DNA of 61,300 nt. It comes from Promethearchaeota archaeon. GTDB taxonomy: Archaea; Asgardarchaeota; Lokiarchaeia; Sigyniarchaeales; SOKP01. Under the pieces are notes generated by a model that worked only from the letters and a program-made list of their open reading frames with translations, was not told the origin of the DNA and made no database searches. The DNA lies in NCBI GenBank assembly GCA_030603385.1, contig JAUVXW010000029.1:1-61300 (forward strand). The letters run 5' to 3'. Both the position numbers and the translations under genes were made by a program. The stretch's first letter is position 1. The number at the start of each line of letters is the position of its first letter. This document shows, one piece after another, positions 42,049-52,498 of this stretch.

Positions 42049-43749
42049 TCAGTGGAAAAATCCAAAGATAAAACTTATTCCGCTCTGATATGGAGAAATG
42101 GTACATATTAACAACGTAAAAAATAATGTGTTTACAAGAGCTCCAGGTATTATGTTACCCGTTTTTTCATATACAATAGTTGATATAAAAGCATTCAGTA
42201 AAAAGAGTGGTATTGCGATTGGAAGGAAAGAACCAAAATAGAAAAAGCTTCCCATAATAAGTGCCATAATCAGAAGAATCGTAAACATGTATAGAAATAG
42301 CGTCCCAAAGATTATAAGAGATACTTTTACTAATGGTTTAACACCTTTTTCAAATTTATTTTGAAGAATTCCATGAAATACTAATCCGAATACCATAAAA
42401 ATAATGAAGAAAATGACGAAATACAATGGGATCCATGGGATCTTTGTAATCGAAGGAATCATTCCTATGTAATTTAAACCCGCTGATAAATAAATTATGA
42501 CAGTTAAAAGCGTTGCCAATATTCCCCCCAGTAAGAACTGCCTAATAAGGTTGTTTCTTGAAGTTTTAAATGGTTTCTTTATTATTTCACTTAGCTTAGT
42601 ATTTTTCTTTTTTCCGATTCTCCATAGTAAAACTAAAATTCCAAAAGCTTGACCGAATAATAATGCTGAAATAAATCCCGCTGTCGCTAAGAATAAAATT
42701 AGAATAATTGGTACAAATATAAGTATCCCGGGTAATCCGAGTATTAACGAATACGCAATCGTTTTTCCGCTGAGACTTATAACAGTTTCATCTTCAGTTT
42801 CGAAAGTGAAAGATTCTTCTTCTTTCGTTTTTAGAATCAGCTGTGAAAGAGGATCGACAATTAATGCAAAAAACCCAAAACCCCCAAAGAGTTGTAGGAA
42901 CAAAATTATAAGTCTGGTATGGGCATAAAAGTTTTCATCTATGGGTCTTACATCAGAAAAAGTATTCAACGCAAAATTTCTTGCTTCTCTGATAAAATCT
43001 GGATCCCAATCTCCTAGCACATGGTTACTATTATCATCAAGATAAATCATTGAAGCATTTCCATCTTGAAAACTACCATATAACCTATTTACATCTAAAT
43101 CTGCTATTGGTATACCTGTGTAATCAGATAAACCTTCCTTAAGATCTTCTGGTTTGATTATTTCATCATATCTACCCAGTATCATGAGAATATTTAATGG
43201 ATCCGTTGAATTACCTTTTCTTACATCATTCGGCAATCGTGTTCCAGCACCAATAAAACATTTGAAATCAGTTGATCCATTAACGATTTCAATTCCTGGT
43301 CCACCCCCCATAGAAAAGCCAAAATAACCAAGAGAACTTGTATCAATATCTGACCTACCATATAGATATGACACTATAGCATTTATGTCATTAGTTAATA
43401 AGTCTCTATTAAGTTCCCCTGTACTCAGTCCATGTCCCCGAAAATCGAATGGAACAGCAACAAAACCAGCCGCAGCAAATTCGATTGCATAACCTTTCAA
43501 CATTTCTTTATTTGACATTATTCCATGACCTAAGATTATTGCTTTTTTATTTACTCCTGTTCTTTTTGGTTCGAATACATTAAATGAAATAGTTTCTCCA
43601 TCTATAGTTTTCACAGTTTTATTATAGGTAGCTTTAACATCAAATGGTATTATGAAAATGAAAACAGTTCCTAATATGAAAATCGCAAGAAATATACATA
43701 TTAAAATTATTTTTTTCCGATCTACATCAATTCTGTTCATTTTTGTCAA
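42049..43749 (-). CDS. Alpha/beta hydrolase fused to a multi-pass membrane domain; TTG start
   Basis: ILGHG, FDFRGHGLS, nucleophile GFSMGG, GRYDEII, SNHV; about 8 C-terminal TMs. Confidence 0.85.
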   Translation of the reverse strand: MTKMNRIDVDRKKIILICIFLAIFILGTVFIFIIPFDVKATYNKTVKTIDGETISFNVFEPKRTGVNKKAIILGHGIMSNKEMLKGYAIEFAAAGFVAVPFDFRGHGLSTGELNRDLLTNDINAIVSYLYGRSDIDTSSLGYFGFSMGGGPGIEIVNGSTDFKCFIGAGTRLPNDVRKGNSTDPLNILMILGRYDEIIKPEDLKEGLSDYTGIPIADLDVNRLYGSFQDGNASMIYLDDNSNHVLGDWDPDFIREARNFALNTFSDVRPIDENFYAHTRLIILFLQLFGGFGFFALIVDPLSQLILKTKEEESFTFETEDETVISLSGKTIAYSLILGLPGILIFVPIILILFLATAGFISALLFGQAFGILVLLWRIGKKKNTKLSEIIKKPFKTSRNNLIRQFLLGGILATLLTVIIYLSAGLNYIGMIPSITKIPWIPLYFVIFFIIFMVFGLVFHGILQNKFEKGVKPLVKVSLIIFGTLFLYMFTILLIMALIMGSFFYFGSFLPIAIPLFLLNAFISTIVYEKTGNIIPGALVNTLFFTLLICTISPYQSGISFIFGFFH

Positions 43750-44049
43750 ATTTTAGATGTTTTAATGATATTTTAATTATTAAATAATTGGATTTTGTGA
43801 TTTATCAATGTTATATTTTTTGAGAACAACAGAAAAAAGTTAAAAAGAGAAAGAATAAGAAAAATAACTTTAATTTTGCTTTCCCGAAGGGTTATAAACA
43901 AGCAATTAATGTGGCTAATAAGCAATTTAAAAAAATAATAACGGTTGTAGATTGAAATTTACAAAGTCGTCATTTTAATTCAAAATAAACAATAAATATT
44001 TCAATTCTCTTTTATTTTCAAATTCAATAATCTTTTATTTTGATGATAT

Positions 44050-45489
44050 ATGGAAGAATCATTGCCCCCACCAAGAGAATTAATTGGAAAACGATTGTTT
44101 GGATACTCTATGGGGGATTTAGGGATGTCATTAGCTAACATCTTTACTGGAGTTTATATTTTTCAATATTACGTATATACCATCAATTTAAACTCTATAC
44201 TTGTTTCTATAGGTGTAACTACTCAACTTCTTGTCGCAGCCATATTTGCTATAATTTTTGGAGTAATTATTGATAATAAAAAACCAGGTAAACTTGGAAA
44301 ACGGCGCCCATTCCTATTAATTGGGCTACCAATTTGGTTTGCAACAACTATATTGATTTGGCTTCCACCTTGGGGATGCCCAGATGGTAATTCATTGTAT
44401 TTACCAACTGCAATCTATTTTTGGGTTATAATTTTAATTAGATCGATTTCAAGATCTCTTTTATTCAATGTATATATTTCTATGTTACCTGAGCAATCGC
44501 AAACACTAAAAAATAGAGAATCTGTAGCCTCTGTCAGATCTGCTTTTTCTATAATAGCATCAATTGTGGCATTATTGTTACCCTTGATTATCCAGAGTCT
44601 TCTCGAAGATCCTACTAAAGCTAAATGGTGGGATCCATCTGGTAGAATTGTTCTTTTTTATATTCCAATAATAGGCACATGTTTCGCGATTTTTGGATTG
44701 ATTTCAGTACTCTTTATCTTTTTCTCTGTTGATGAAAGCTTTCATAATATGAATGATAATTATAAAAGAGAAAAGGTTACATTGATGGGGAGATTTCGCC
44801 AAATGGCAATACCTGCGAGGGATACTAATTTTAGGAATATAATAATTGCAGGTCTTTTTGCTGGCGTTGCTGGTAAGATTTTAGGGCTTTTAATTTTTCC
44901 TTTCCAAACCTATGTACTTAATTTCACCTCTGCTGAGTTCTATATTTATGTTTTAATCTCTCTTTTTGGTAAATTTGGATGGTATTTTTTCTGGCTGAAA
45001 ATTAGAAAAAGGAATCATATTCTCAAATCGTATTCTACTACTATATTATTAGCTTCATTATCTTCATTTTTGGGGTCCTTCTTTCTATTTGGTTTTCTAC
45101 CTTTTGGATTCCAGTTAGGTTTATACATTATAATATGGAGTACTGTTTTAGGATCAATGTATTCTGCCCCTTTATTTTCAATACCTATCAGAGCAGCCTT
45201 AGTTTATGAAGCTGCAGAGAATTCCAATGAACCAAATATTGATATAGCTATGTCAAAAATATCAGGATCTTATTATGGATTATCATCATTTATCTCATCA
45301 ATGGGTCCCGCTGCTGCATCACTATTAGTTGGCTTTATTCTATCTGGGGCAAATGAAGAAAATCCAATAGTACTTGTATTGCTTTCAGTCTCTATGGGTA
45401 TTTTTTTCTTACTCTCGATGATTTTTATTAGAAAAATAAAAATACATCATATCTCTTTTTTTAATCATAAAGTTACAAAAGAAGTCTAA
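44050..45489 (+). CDS. MFS transporter, glycoside-pentoside-hexuronide (MelB-like) family
   Basis: GYSMGDLG, FGVIIDNKKPGKLGKRRPFLL, YISMLPE..R, GSYYG; about 12 TMs. Confidence 0.85.
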   Translation: MEESLPPPRELIGKRLFGYSMGDLGMSLANIFTGVYIFQYYVYTINLNSILVSIGVTTQLLVAAIFAIIFGVIIDNKKPGKLGKRRPFLLIGLPIWFATTILIWLPPWGCPDGNSLYLPTAIYFWVIILIRSISRSLLFNVYISMLPEQSQTLKNRESVASVRSAFSIIASIVALLLPLIIQSLLEDPTKAKWWDPSGRIVLFYIPIIGTCFAIFGLISVLFIFFSVDESFHNMNDNYKREKVTLMGRFRQMAIPARDTNFRNIIIAGLFAGVAGKILGLLIFPFQTYVLNFTSAEFYIYVLISLFGKFGWYFFWLKIRKRNHILKSYSTTILLASLSSFLGSFFLFGFLPFGFQLGLYIIIWSTVLGSMYSAPLFSIPIRAALVYEAAENSNEPNIDIAMSKISGSYYGLSSFISSMGPAAASLLVGFILSGANEENPIVLVLLSVSMGIFFLLSMIFIRKIKIHHISFFNHKVTKEV

Positions 45490-45494
45490 AATAT

Positions 45495-46583
45495 TTAGAT
45501 TTTAATACCTGCAGGATTTTTAATAAAAGCATCAATTAAACGTATTGTGTTATAAAGGTCTTGAAGTTTTAATAATGATGTAGGAGAATGAATATATCTA
45601 CATGGAACGGATACAACTGAGCATGGTACACCTCTTCGAGAAATGTGAATTTTCCCCGCATCGGTGCCACCATAAAGTGGTTTTTTAATTTGATAAGGAA
45701 TATTCTCTATTTCAGCATTTTTAATAATTCTTTTATTAATTTTAGGGTGTGAAATCATCGATCTATCAGCAACAGTTATTGCTGGGCCCTTTCCAATGTC
45801 TACTGGATTTTCTGATTCTCTAATGCCTGGTACATCAGCAGCCGTAGTATTTTCAATTGCTAGTGCTATAGTTGGATTTAACGCATAAGTCCCAGTTACT
45901 GCTCCTCTGCCGCCAATTTCCTCTTGTACTGCAAAATTAAAAAGAACTGTGTCATTATATTGCTCATTTTCCTTTAATAACTTCATGATTTGGAGAAGAA
46001 CATTACAACCAGTACGATCATCAAAAGCCTTACCTCTAATCATTCCGTTTGGAAACTCTTCAAAGGGGGAATATAAGGTACCCGTTGTTCCAATAGAAAT
46101 ATTGTTATCTTGTACTTGTTCTTCTGATACTAATCCTATATCAATATACATATTAGAAACTTCAACCTGCTTTTTTCGTTCTTCTAGTGATGTAAGATGT
46201 GGTGGTTTTGATCCAATTATCCCATGAAAAATTTTCCCTGTATTAGATTTTAAAATCACAGATTGCCCTAAAAGAATTCTAGTATCAAATCCTCCTATTA
46301 ACACAAATCTTAAGAATCCCTTTTTCTCTATATGGGAAATCATAAAGCCAATCTCATCAATATGGGCATCTAACAATATTCTATTATCTTTATTATTTCC
46401 CTCTTTAATAGCAAGAATATTTCCTAAAGAATCTATCCATACATTATCAGCCAACTCTTGAGTTTCAATTTCATTTAGAATAAAGTTGTTCACATCTTCT
46501 TCATGACCAGAGACCCCTATTAATGATGACAACTTCTCTTGAAGATCTTTGATGCTTTCAATATTTAATGTTTCACTTCTCAT
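45495..46583 (-). CDS. M42 family aminopeptidase (TET-like)
   Basis: GVSGHE, DAHIDEIG, KPPH, KAFDDRTG, VQEEIG, GGTDAG, RYIHSP. Confidence 0.93.
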   Translation of the reverse strand: MRSETLNIESIKDLQEKLSSLIGVSGHEEDVNNFILNEIETQELADNVWIDSLGNILAIKEGNNKDNRILLDAHIDEIGFMISHIEKKGFLRFVLIGGFDTRILLGQSVILKSNTGKIFHGIIGSKPPHLTSLEERKKQVEVSNMYIDIGLVSEEQVQDNNISIGTTGTLYSPFEEFPNGMIRGKAFDDRTGCNVLLQIMKLLKENEQYNDTVLFNFAVQEEIGGRGAVTGTYALNPTIALAIENTTAADVPGIRESENPVDIGKGPAITVADRSMISHPKINKRIIKNAEIENIPYQIKKPLYGGTDAGKIHISRRGVPCSVVSVPCRYIHSPTSLLKLQDLYNTIRLIDAFIKNPAGIKI

Positions 46584-46712
46584 GATTTATCTTATTTGAA
46601 ATAATTATCGAGAAACCAATATGATATAAAGAAAAAACCTTATTCAATATATATATTGAGTTTTTAAGTTATTAAAAATAAAATTTAATTCGAAAAAAAT
46701 TTAAAAAATTCA

Positions 46713-48380
46713 TTATTTTCGTGTCTTTTTTAATTCTGCAATGGTTTTTTCAGCTAAGATTATAGCATCGTCGTATTTAGATTTAAATTTCTTAACCTGT
46801 GCTTCAAGTTCAATTGCTCTATTATTTAATTCTAGCAATTCTTCAGTATCTTCCGTTAACGGAATCATATCTCCTTCCCCTTTCTCTGCCATCTCCTTGA
46901 GGTAATTATACTTTTCTTTCCATACTTCGATTTCAGTTTGTAATTCTTCAACAACTTCATCAGTAGCAATTAAGGGAATATTTTTTCCCTCTTTTACATC
47001 AGCTACTTTTTGCTTTAAACGTCCTACTTCATCCTCTAAATCTTGAATCCTTACTTTTAAAGCAGCTATTTCATCTAAGTAATCTGCAGCTTTTTTTGGT
47101 TCCATCATTTCTTGATACATTGATTTGCCTATTTCTAATTCATCCGCAGATTTTCCACCTAAAATTCTCTCTTTTCGCTTCTGTAATTCATCTACAGTAC
47201 TCCCTGAAAGGAAATCCAATGGATTAAAACTCACACCTCCATGCCTTGTTCTCCTTGATCTTATTTTCACATAGAGAGGAATTCCCTTCACAGCTTCTCC
47301 ACAAATTATAGCTTCTCCCTTATCCAATCCAGATATATCTGATTTATTTTCATTACTTAAATCTTCCGCACTCGAAATGGTAATTCCTATATCTCTGATA
47401 TCAGAAAGGTTGTGAACAACCCAAGTTCCTGCTTGCGCTCTTATTGTGGTATCTAATAATTGTGGGCGCTGTGTTCCTATAACAATATTAGCCCCGAACT
47501 TCCTCCCTTCTTGAGCAAATAATTTTACAACTTCACATGTTTCTGTTTGTTTTTTTCCAGCAAATAAATGAGCCTCATCTAAGAACAAATAAAACGGAGG
47601 AATCTTTCTAGTTGTACTTGCTTCATATAATTTCTTCAGCAACTTACCGGCAACAGTTTCTTGAACTTCTAATGCCAAACCATTTAAATTCACGATAGTA
47701 CAAAGGTTAGGAGCAACAATATCTGCAGCGCTCAACGAAAATAAGTACTCAATATCAATATCCCCACCTTTATTTTTCTTTAAATCAGAAAATTCAATAA
47801 TTTTATCTACGAATTCACTCTCACCTTCTCCAGTATCTTCACTTGCAACCTTTAGACTCCCGTATTCTCCATGTCTATCTAATATTACAACAGGAACGCC
47901 CTTCTTAAGAAATTCTTCGCATAAAACACCCATAGTATAGGATTTTCCAGAGCCAGATTTTCCAGTAATGAAGATTCTACCAAAATTCTTTATTAGTAAA
48001 TAGATTTCATAAGGATAACCTATGAGTTTTCCTAAAGATAAAGATTCCTCTGGGGGGTTGAAGATTCCTAAAATCTTTGCGATTTGTTCTTCTTTTGCCA
48101 TGAAGATATCCAAACCAATTTCAAAAGGCCTTGTTGGCCTTTCTCCTAATACAGATAATTTTGCCATCCGTCCCTTTTCATCAGCCCACATGTCGGTAAT
48201 ATATAGTACATAATATTGTTTGTTCCCTTCTTCATCTTTTTCACCATAAACCACCAAATAATTATTCCTTTCAACTGAAGGACCTTCAAGTACAACAGTA
48301 ACCGTATGAGTTGTCGTTTTACCAGTAAGTCTACCTACAGGTTTTTCTTCTTGTGTGTCTTCTTCTGACATTAGTACCAC
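46713..48380 (-). CDS. HerA/DUF87-family P-loop ATPase with C-terminal coiled coil
   Basis: GKSGSGKS, ILDRHGEY, LFLDEAH, EGRKFG, TQRP, GEAII; heptad-rich acidic C-terminus. Confidence 0.85.
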   Translation of the reverse strand: MVLMSEEDTQEEKPVGRLTGKTTTHTVTVVLEGPSVERNNYLVVYGEKDEEGNKQYYVLYITDMWADEKGRMAKLSVLGERPTRPFEIGLDIFMAKEEQIAKILGIFNPPEESLSLGKLIGYPYEIYLLIKNFGRIFITGKSGSGKSYTMGVLCEEFLKKGVPVVILDRHGEYGSLKVASEDTGEGESEFVDKIIEFSDLKKNKGGDIDIEYLFSLSAADIVAPNLCTIVNLNGLALEVQETVAGKLLKKLYEASTTRKIPPFYLFLDEAHLFAGKKQTETCEVVKLFAQEGRKFGANIVIGTQRPQLLDTTIRAQAGTWVVHNLSDIRDIGITISSAEDLSNENKSDISGLDKGEAIICGEAVKGIPLYVKIRSRRTRHGGVSFNPLDFLSGSTVDELQKRKERILGGKSADELEIGKSMYQEMMEPKKAADYLDEIAALKVRIQDLEDEVGRLKQKVADVKEGKNIPLIATDEVVEELQTEIEVWKEKYNYLKEMAEKGEGDMIPLTEDTEELLELNNRAIELEAQVKKFKSKYDDAIILAEKTIAELKKTRK

Positions 48381-48481
48381 ATAAATTAATATAAGTTATA
48401 ATGATCTTAGAAATTTTAATAATATAAATCTACGCGAATTTTTATTAAAATTGCTAATCTTTAATATCTTTAAAATATAAT

Positions 48482-49408
48482 TTAAGTTTTAAATATAATA
48501 CTCTTTTTTATCATATTAATTGGCTTATATGACTCTTTTGCTCTTCTTAAACCCTCTATTCCCAGATCTTGTTCTCTATTAACATAAATGGCATCTTCAT
48601 AGCAACTTTTTAAAAAGAAATTATTGATTGCCTGATATGCACCCTCGTATTCCGCATGAGCTTTCTCAATATGAATCACTATAGTTCCATCATTTAACAT
48701 TTCACCAAATGTATAAGCAGCACATTTATCTTCAACACAGAGTAAACCCCCACTAAAACCAAGTGCTTCAAAATTATCTAAAGCTTCATATATAGCCTCT
48801 TGTTCTGCTTCTAGACTTTCATCTTCAGTGCAAGCTCTCATTATACACCATTCTAATTGAAGCTCTTTGCATTTTTCCACGAGATCTCCTGTTATTAATT
48901 TAAAATCATAATTATAATTGTTAAGGAATTTATGTAACCACCTTCGATTTTGTCTATATTTGTTTCCCGCTAAATTAAGAATTTCTTCTTTGTTATAAAC
49001 GTAGTCCCAATTATTTCGATCTTTAAGATGATCCATATTTAATTTATTGAATTTCTCATTTTGAGTTAACTTTTTGCAAATTTTCTCAGGAACTCTATGG
49101 ATTTCTATATTACTATTATTCTCAAATAATTCAATAATGATTTCATCTGGATTTGGACCAATTGGAGGAAAGAAGTAAATGTAATCTTTAGAGTCAGTAT
49201 TAATTGGTTTTTTCCTATTTTTTAGATAATCATTAGAAAATAAGATCAAATGTTCCTTAAATTCCATAAATAAGAAATTATAATATTTCCTCCACATGAA
49301 CAGGTTTGTAAAGGTAAATTCAGAATTTTCTGGTGGATATTTTTGGAAATACTCATCAAACAGTTTTTTATGAGTTATTTCAATAGGTTTTCCCGTGCTA
49401 AGATCCAT
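48482..49408 (-). CDS. DUF2156 / aminoacyl-phosphatidylglycerol synthase catalytic-like domain protein
   Basis: SEFTFTNLFMW, DRNNWDYVY, LAGNKY, IHIEKA, GAYQAIN, VNREQDLGIEGLRRAKESYKP. Confidence 0.85.
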   Translation of the reverse strand: MDLSTGKPIEITHKKLFDEYFQKYPPENSEFTFTNLFMWRKYYNFLFMEFKEHLILFSNDYLKNRKKPINTDSKDYIYFFPPIGPNPDEIIIELFENNSNIEIHRVPEKICKKLTQNEKFNKLNMDHLKDRNNWDYVYNKEEILNLAGNKYRQNRRWLHKFLNNYNYDFKLITGDLVEKCKELQLEWCIMRACTEDESLEAEQEAIYEALDNFEALGFSGGLLCVEDKCAAYTFGEMLNDGTIVIHIEKAHAEYEGAYQAINNFFLKSCYEDAIYVNREQDLGIEGLRRAKESYKPINMIKKSIIFKT

Positions 49409-49601
49409 GGTTTATTTATTATTCTTTTATTAATTCTATTATTGCTTTAATAAAATTTTCCACATCTATTAGTTTTTCTTTTGTAAAAACAAGAACTTTA
49501 GAATTATCATTATATTTCGTTTTCTTTTTCTCAATTAAAAAGTACAGGTACAATCATACATGAGATTAAACTTTTTTATATAATGAGACTTTCAACTAAT
49601 T

Positions 49602-50267
49602 ATGAATTTTTGGTTAATTTTAAGAATTATTTTCCTAATATTTCTAATAATTCTAGGATCTTTCTTCTTTATAGTATTTGTAATCCTAAGAATTATCCGA
49701 AGATATTATAAATTTCCTATCCCTGGGTTCATGACTCGTTTGATAGATAATCCAATCCGTAGAAGATTTATACAAAAACCGAATCGTATTGCTGAACGGA
49801 TGCGTCTTGAACCTGGCATGATTGTTGTTGAAATTGGCCCTGGAAAAGGTAGTTATACTAAGGCAGTAGCGGAAAAGGTTTTACCAAATGGCAAAGTGTA
49901 TGCTATTGATATACAAGAATCAGTAATTAACCGTTTAAAAAGAAGGATTAAAAAAGAGGATATTTCTAACATTGTTCCGAAAATAGATGATGCTTTTAAC
50001 TTATCCTTTGAAAATAAAAGTGTTGATCGCATTTTTGCCATTGCTTGCCTACCTGAAATTCCTGATCCAGTTAAAGCTCTAAAAGAATTCCATAGAATAT
50101 TGAAACCTAGCGGAATTATCTCTCTTAGTGAGTTATTTCCAGATCCAGATTACCCACGACGAAAAACTGAAAAAAAATGGGCTGAAATCGCTGGCTTTGA
50201 ATTAGATGAAGAATTTGGTAATTGGTTTGTATATCAATTAAATTTTAAGAAAAAGTTAATTCATTGA
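49602..50267 (+). CDS. Class I SAM-dependent methyltransferase with N-terminal TM
   Basis: VVEIGPGKG, VYAIDIQ, ALKEFHRILKPSG. Confidence 0.88.
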   Translation: MNFWLILRIIFLIFLIILGSFFFIVFVILRIIRRYYKFPIPGFMTRLIDNPIRRRFIQKPNRIAERMRLEPGMIVVEIGPGKGSYTKAVAEKVLPNGKVYAIDIQESVINRLKRRIKKEDISNIVPKIDDAFNLSFENKSVDRIFAIACLPEIPDPVKALKEFHRILKPSGIISLSELFPDPDYPRRKTEKKWAEIAGFELDEEFGNWFVYQLNFKKKLIH

Positions 50268-50333
50268 TTTAAAATTTATATTACTAGACATTTTCATTAT
50301 CCTGGACCTAATTATATCTTTTTGTCTGCAGAT

Positions 50334-50441
50334 GAAGCTTTAGTAGGACCTTATCCAGAGATGAGATTTGTACCTACTGGAGGAATAAATAATGAAACTT
50401 TAATTGAATATTTAAAGTTAAGTAATGTTATTGCCTGTGGA
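50334..50441 (+). pseudogene. eda: Internal remnant of a KDPG/KHG aldolase gene
   Basis: My translation EALVGPYPEMRFVPTGGINNETLIEYLKLSNVIACG matches the Eda C-terminal GP.P...F.PTGGI...Y L..NV..G pattern; no rest of gene. Confidence 0.75.
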
Positions 50442-50567
50442 TTTATTACTATATATAAAGATCGTGCCTTAAATATGTGAAAGTTTTTAAAATTTGGTAT
50501 TCCTTTATTTTAATTATAAATGTTTAGAAATTTCCATTGCTGTTAAAACTAGTTTCTAAAAAATGAA

Positions 50568-51704
50568 GTGAATAATATGTCAAAAATAGGAAAAATGCCA
50601 AAAGAATGCGAAGAATATATGACTCCGATGGAAAGAATAACAGGTCTTTTAACGCGAAAGAAACTTGATAGAGTTCCGTGCTTTCCCTTTGTTTCAGCAG
50701 CAGCGGCTCAAATTAGAAGGCTAAACTATGGCGAATATGCTACTAACCCAGATTTATTCTTAAGATGTCAAATAGAAGCACAACAGCTTATCGGATATGA
50801 TGGTATTACAGCAATGCCAGATCTTTGCGTTGAGGCTCAAGGTTTTGGAGCTAAAATTATATATCCCCCAGACAATGCTGCTTATCCAGATCCATATAAT
50901 CCAATAATTAAATCTCCAAATGATTACAAAAACATAGGTAGATTATTTGATTGGTCCCATGCTGATAGGATGAATAACCAAATAAAAGTTATTAAAACTA
51001 TCAAAGAAGAGCTACCTGATTTGATGATTGGAGGTATGACAATTGGTCCATTAGGATTAATAAGTCGTCTTCGCAATGTTAATGAGCTCGTAAGAGATTT
51101 CGCACACCATAAAGATAAACTCCATGATGCACAAGAAATTATAACTGATATTCAGATAGAATATATTGAAAAACAGATTGAGTCAGGAGCTCGAACAATT
51201 ATGGTCCCCGTAGTTTTAGCCGAGAGAGAGCTAATGAGTAAAGAAATGTGGTTAGAATTAGATATGCCCTATCAAAAGAAGATTGCTGATTTTGTACGGA
51301 AGAAACGAGCGTTTTATATGGTTCATACTTGTGGTCGAGGTCCCTATTTTGATCTTTTAATCGAACATCTTCGACCTGTCTTAATTCAGAACGCATTCCT
51401 CCCTGATGGTGTAAAAACTGAACAGGAAATGGTTGAAAAATATGGTAAAAAATTAATTTTTTTAGGATTTTTAAGCGTTTCATTACTTGCGTGGGCAAAT
51501 CCTCATGAAGTTATAAAGGAATGTAAAAGAGAACTTGAAGTCTTTGGAAAGTCACCAGCTGGCTATATTCTTGGTGCATCATGTGAATACCCCCCGTATG
51601 CACCTTTATACAATGCAATGGCAATTGTGAAAGCCGCCAGAACATATGGTAAAAATTTTCAAACTGGTATGGGAGCAAATTATGAAAATGAAGGAGGAGG
51701 TTAA
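50568..51704 (+). CDS. MtaA/CmuA-like methylcobamide methyltransferase (UroD superfamily)
   Basis: MTPMERI..DRVP, DLCVEAQGFGA, HTCG (HxC Zn ligands), ILGASCEYP; 5 nt upstream of a corrinoid protein gene. Confidence 0.85.
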   Translation: MNNMSKIGKMPKECEEYMTPMERITGLLTRKKLDRVPCFPFVSAAAAQIRRLNYGEYATNPDLFLRCQIEAQQLIGYDGITAMPDLCVEAQGFGAKIIYPPDNAAYPDPYNPIIKSPNDYKNIGRLFDWSHADRMNNQIKVIKTIKEELPDLMIGGMTIGPLGLISRLRNVNELVRDFAHHKDKLHDAQEIITDIQIEYIEKQIESGARTIMVPVVLAERELMSKEMWLELDMPYQKKIADFVRKKRAFYMVHTCGRGPYFDLLIEHLRPVLIQNAFLPDGVKTEQEMVEKYGKKLIFLGFLSVSLLAWANPHEVIKECKRELEVFGKSPAGYILGASCEYPPYAPLYNAMAIVKAARTYGKNFQTGMGANYENEGGG

Positions 51705-51709
51705 TAATC

Positions 51710-52357
51710 ATGTCAAAAAAAGAAATTTTATATAAGTTAAAGCAAAGTGTTTTAAATTTTGATGAAAAAACCGCTGTAAAAGCTGCTAAGGAAGCAATAG
51801 ATGCGGGGATTGACCCGCTCGAAGCAATAAAAGACGGCTTATATCCAGGCTTAAAAGAAATTGCAGATCAATATGAGCAAACTTATTATATAACAGACAT
51901 GATATTAGCCTCAGATGCTTTTTATGCAGGCACAAATATTTTAAAATCCAAAATAGCCCCAGAAAAAGTTAAGGCAATTAGTAAAGGTATTGCTGTTCTT
52001 GGTGTTGTTAAAGGAGATGTCCATGATCTTGGTAAGAATATGGTCAAATACTTATTTGAAGCTGAAGGTTTCGAAATTATTGATCTGGGATTTGATGTTC
52101 CCGCTGAAAAATTTGTTGAAGAAGCAGAAAAAAATAATGCAAACCTTATTCTAATTTCAGTAATGTTAAGCTCTATGTTCCCTGAAATCGGAAAAATCGT
52201 TAAATTAGCTAAAGGGAGAAACTTGCAAGCAAAAGGAGTAAAAATTATGGCTGGTGGTGGGCCTGTTACAGAGAATATATCATTTCAACAAGGTGCTGAT
52301 GGATGGGCTCTCACAGCTCCTTTAGCAGTTAAAAAAGCTTTGGATCTCCTTAATTAA
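51710..52357 (+). CDS. Corrinoid (B12-binding) protein, MtaC/MtbC-like
   Basis: Four-helix cap, GDVHDLGKNMV (DxHxxG), IDLGFDVP, MAGGGPVT, GADG; GGAGGAGG upstream. Confidence 0.92.
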   Translation: MSKKEILYKLKQSVLNFDEKTAVKAAKEAIDAGIDPLEAIKDGLYPGLKEIADQYEQTYYITDMILASDAFYAGTNILKSKIAPEKVKAISKGIAVLGVVKGDVHDLGKNMVKYLFEAEGFEIIDLGFDVPAEKFVEEAEKNNANLILISVMLSSMFPEIGKIVKLAKGRNLQAKGVKIMAGGGPVTENISFQQGADGWALTAPLAVKKALDLLN

Positions 52358-52453
52358 TTCTCGCAACTCTATAAACAAAAATATCACCATAGAAACATAA
52401 ATCTAAATTTTTTATTTAAAATTGAATAGTGATCCCATTCTTTTATGCGGAGC

Positions 52454-52498
52454 CACCCTTTTGTAGGAAATATACCCACTGAGGAAGTTTTCACAACT
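52454..52498 (+). pseudogene. Tiny remnant of an M29 (AmpS/aminopeptidase T) peptidase gene
   Basis: My translation HPFVGNIPTEEVFTT matches the conserved M29 motif NIPTEEVFT; stops upstream and immediately downstream. Confidence 0.6.

Noticed and set aside
43860-43955. CCC-GAA-GGG mini-hairpin, repeated AAGCAATT, and a short frame NFAFPKGYKQAINVANKQFKKIITVVD
   Set aside because: The stems are too short for AT-rich DNA and the peptide resemblance to any family is too weak to call.
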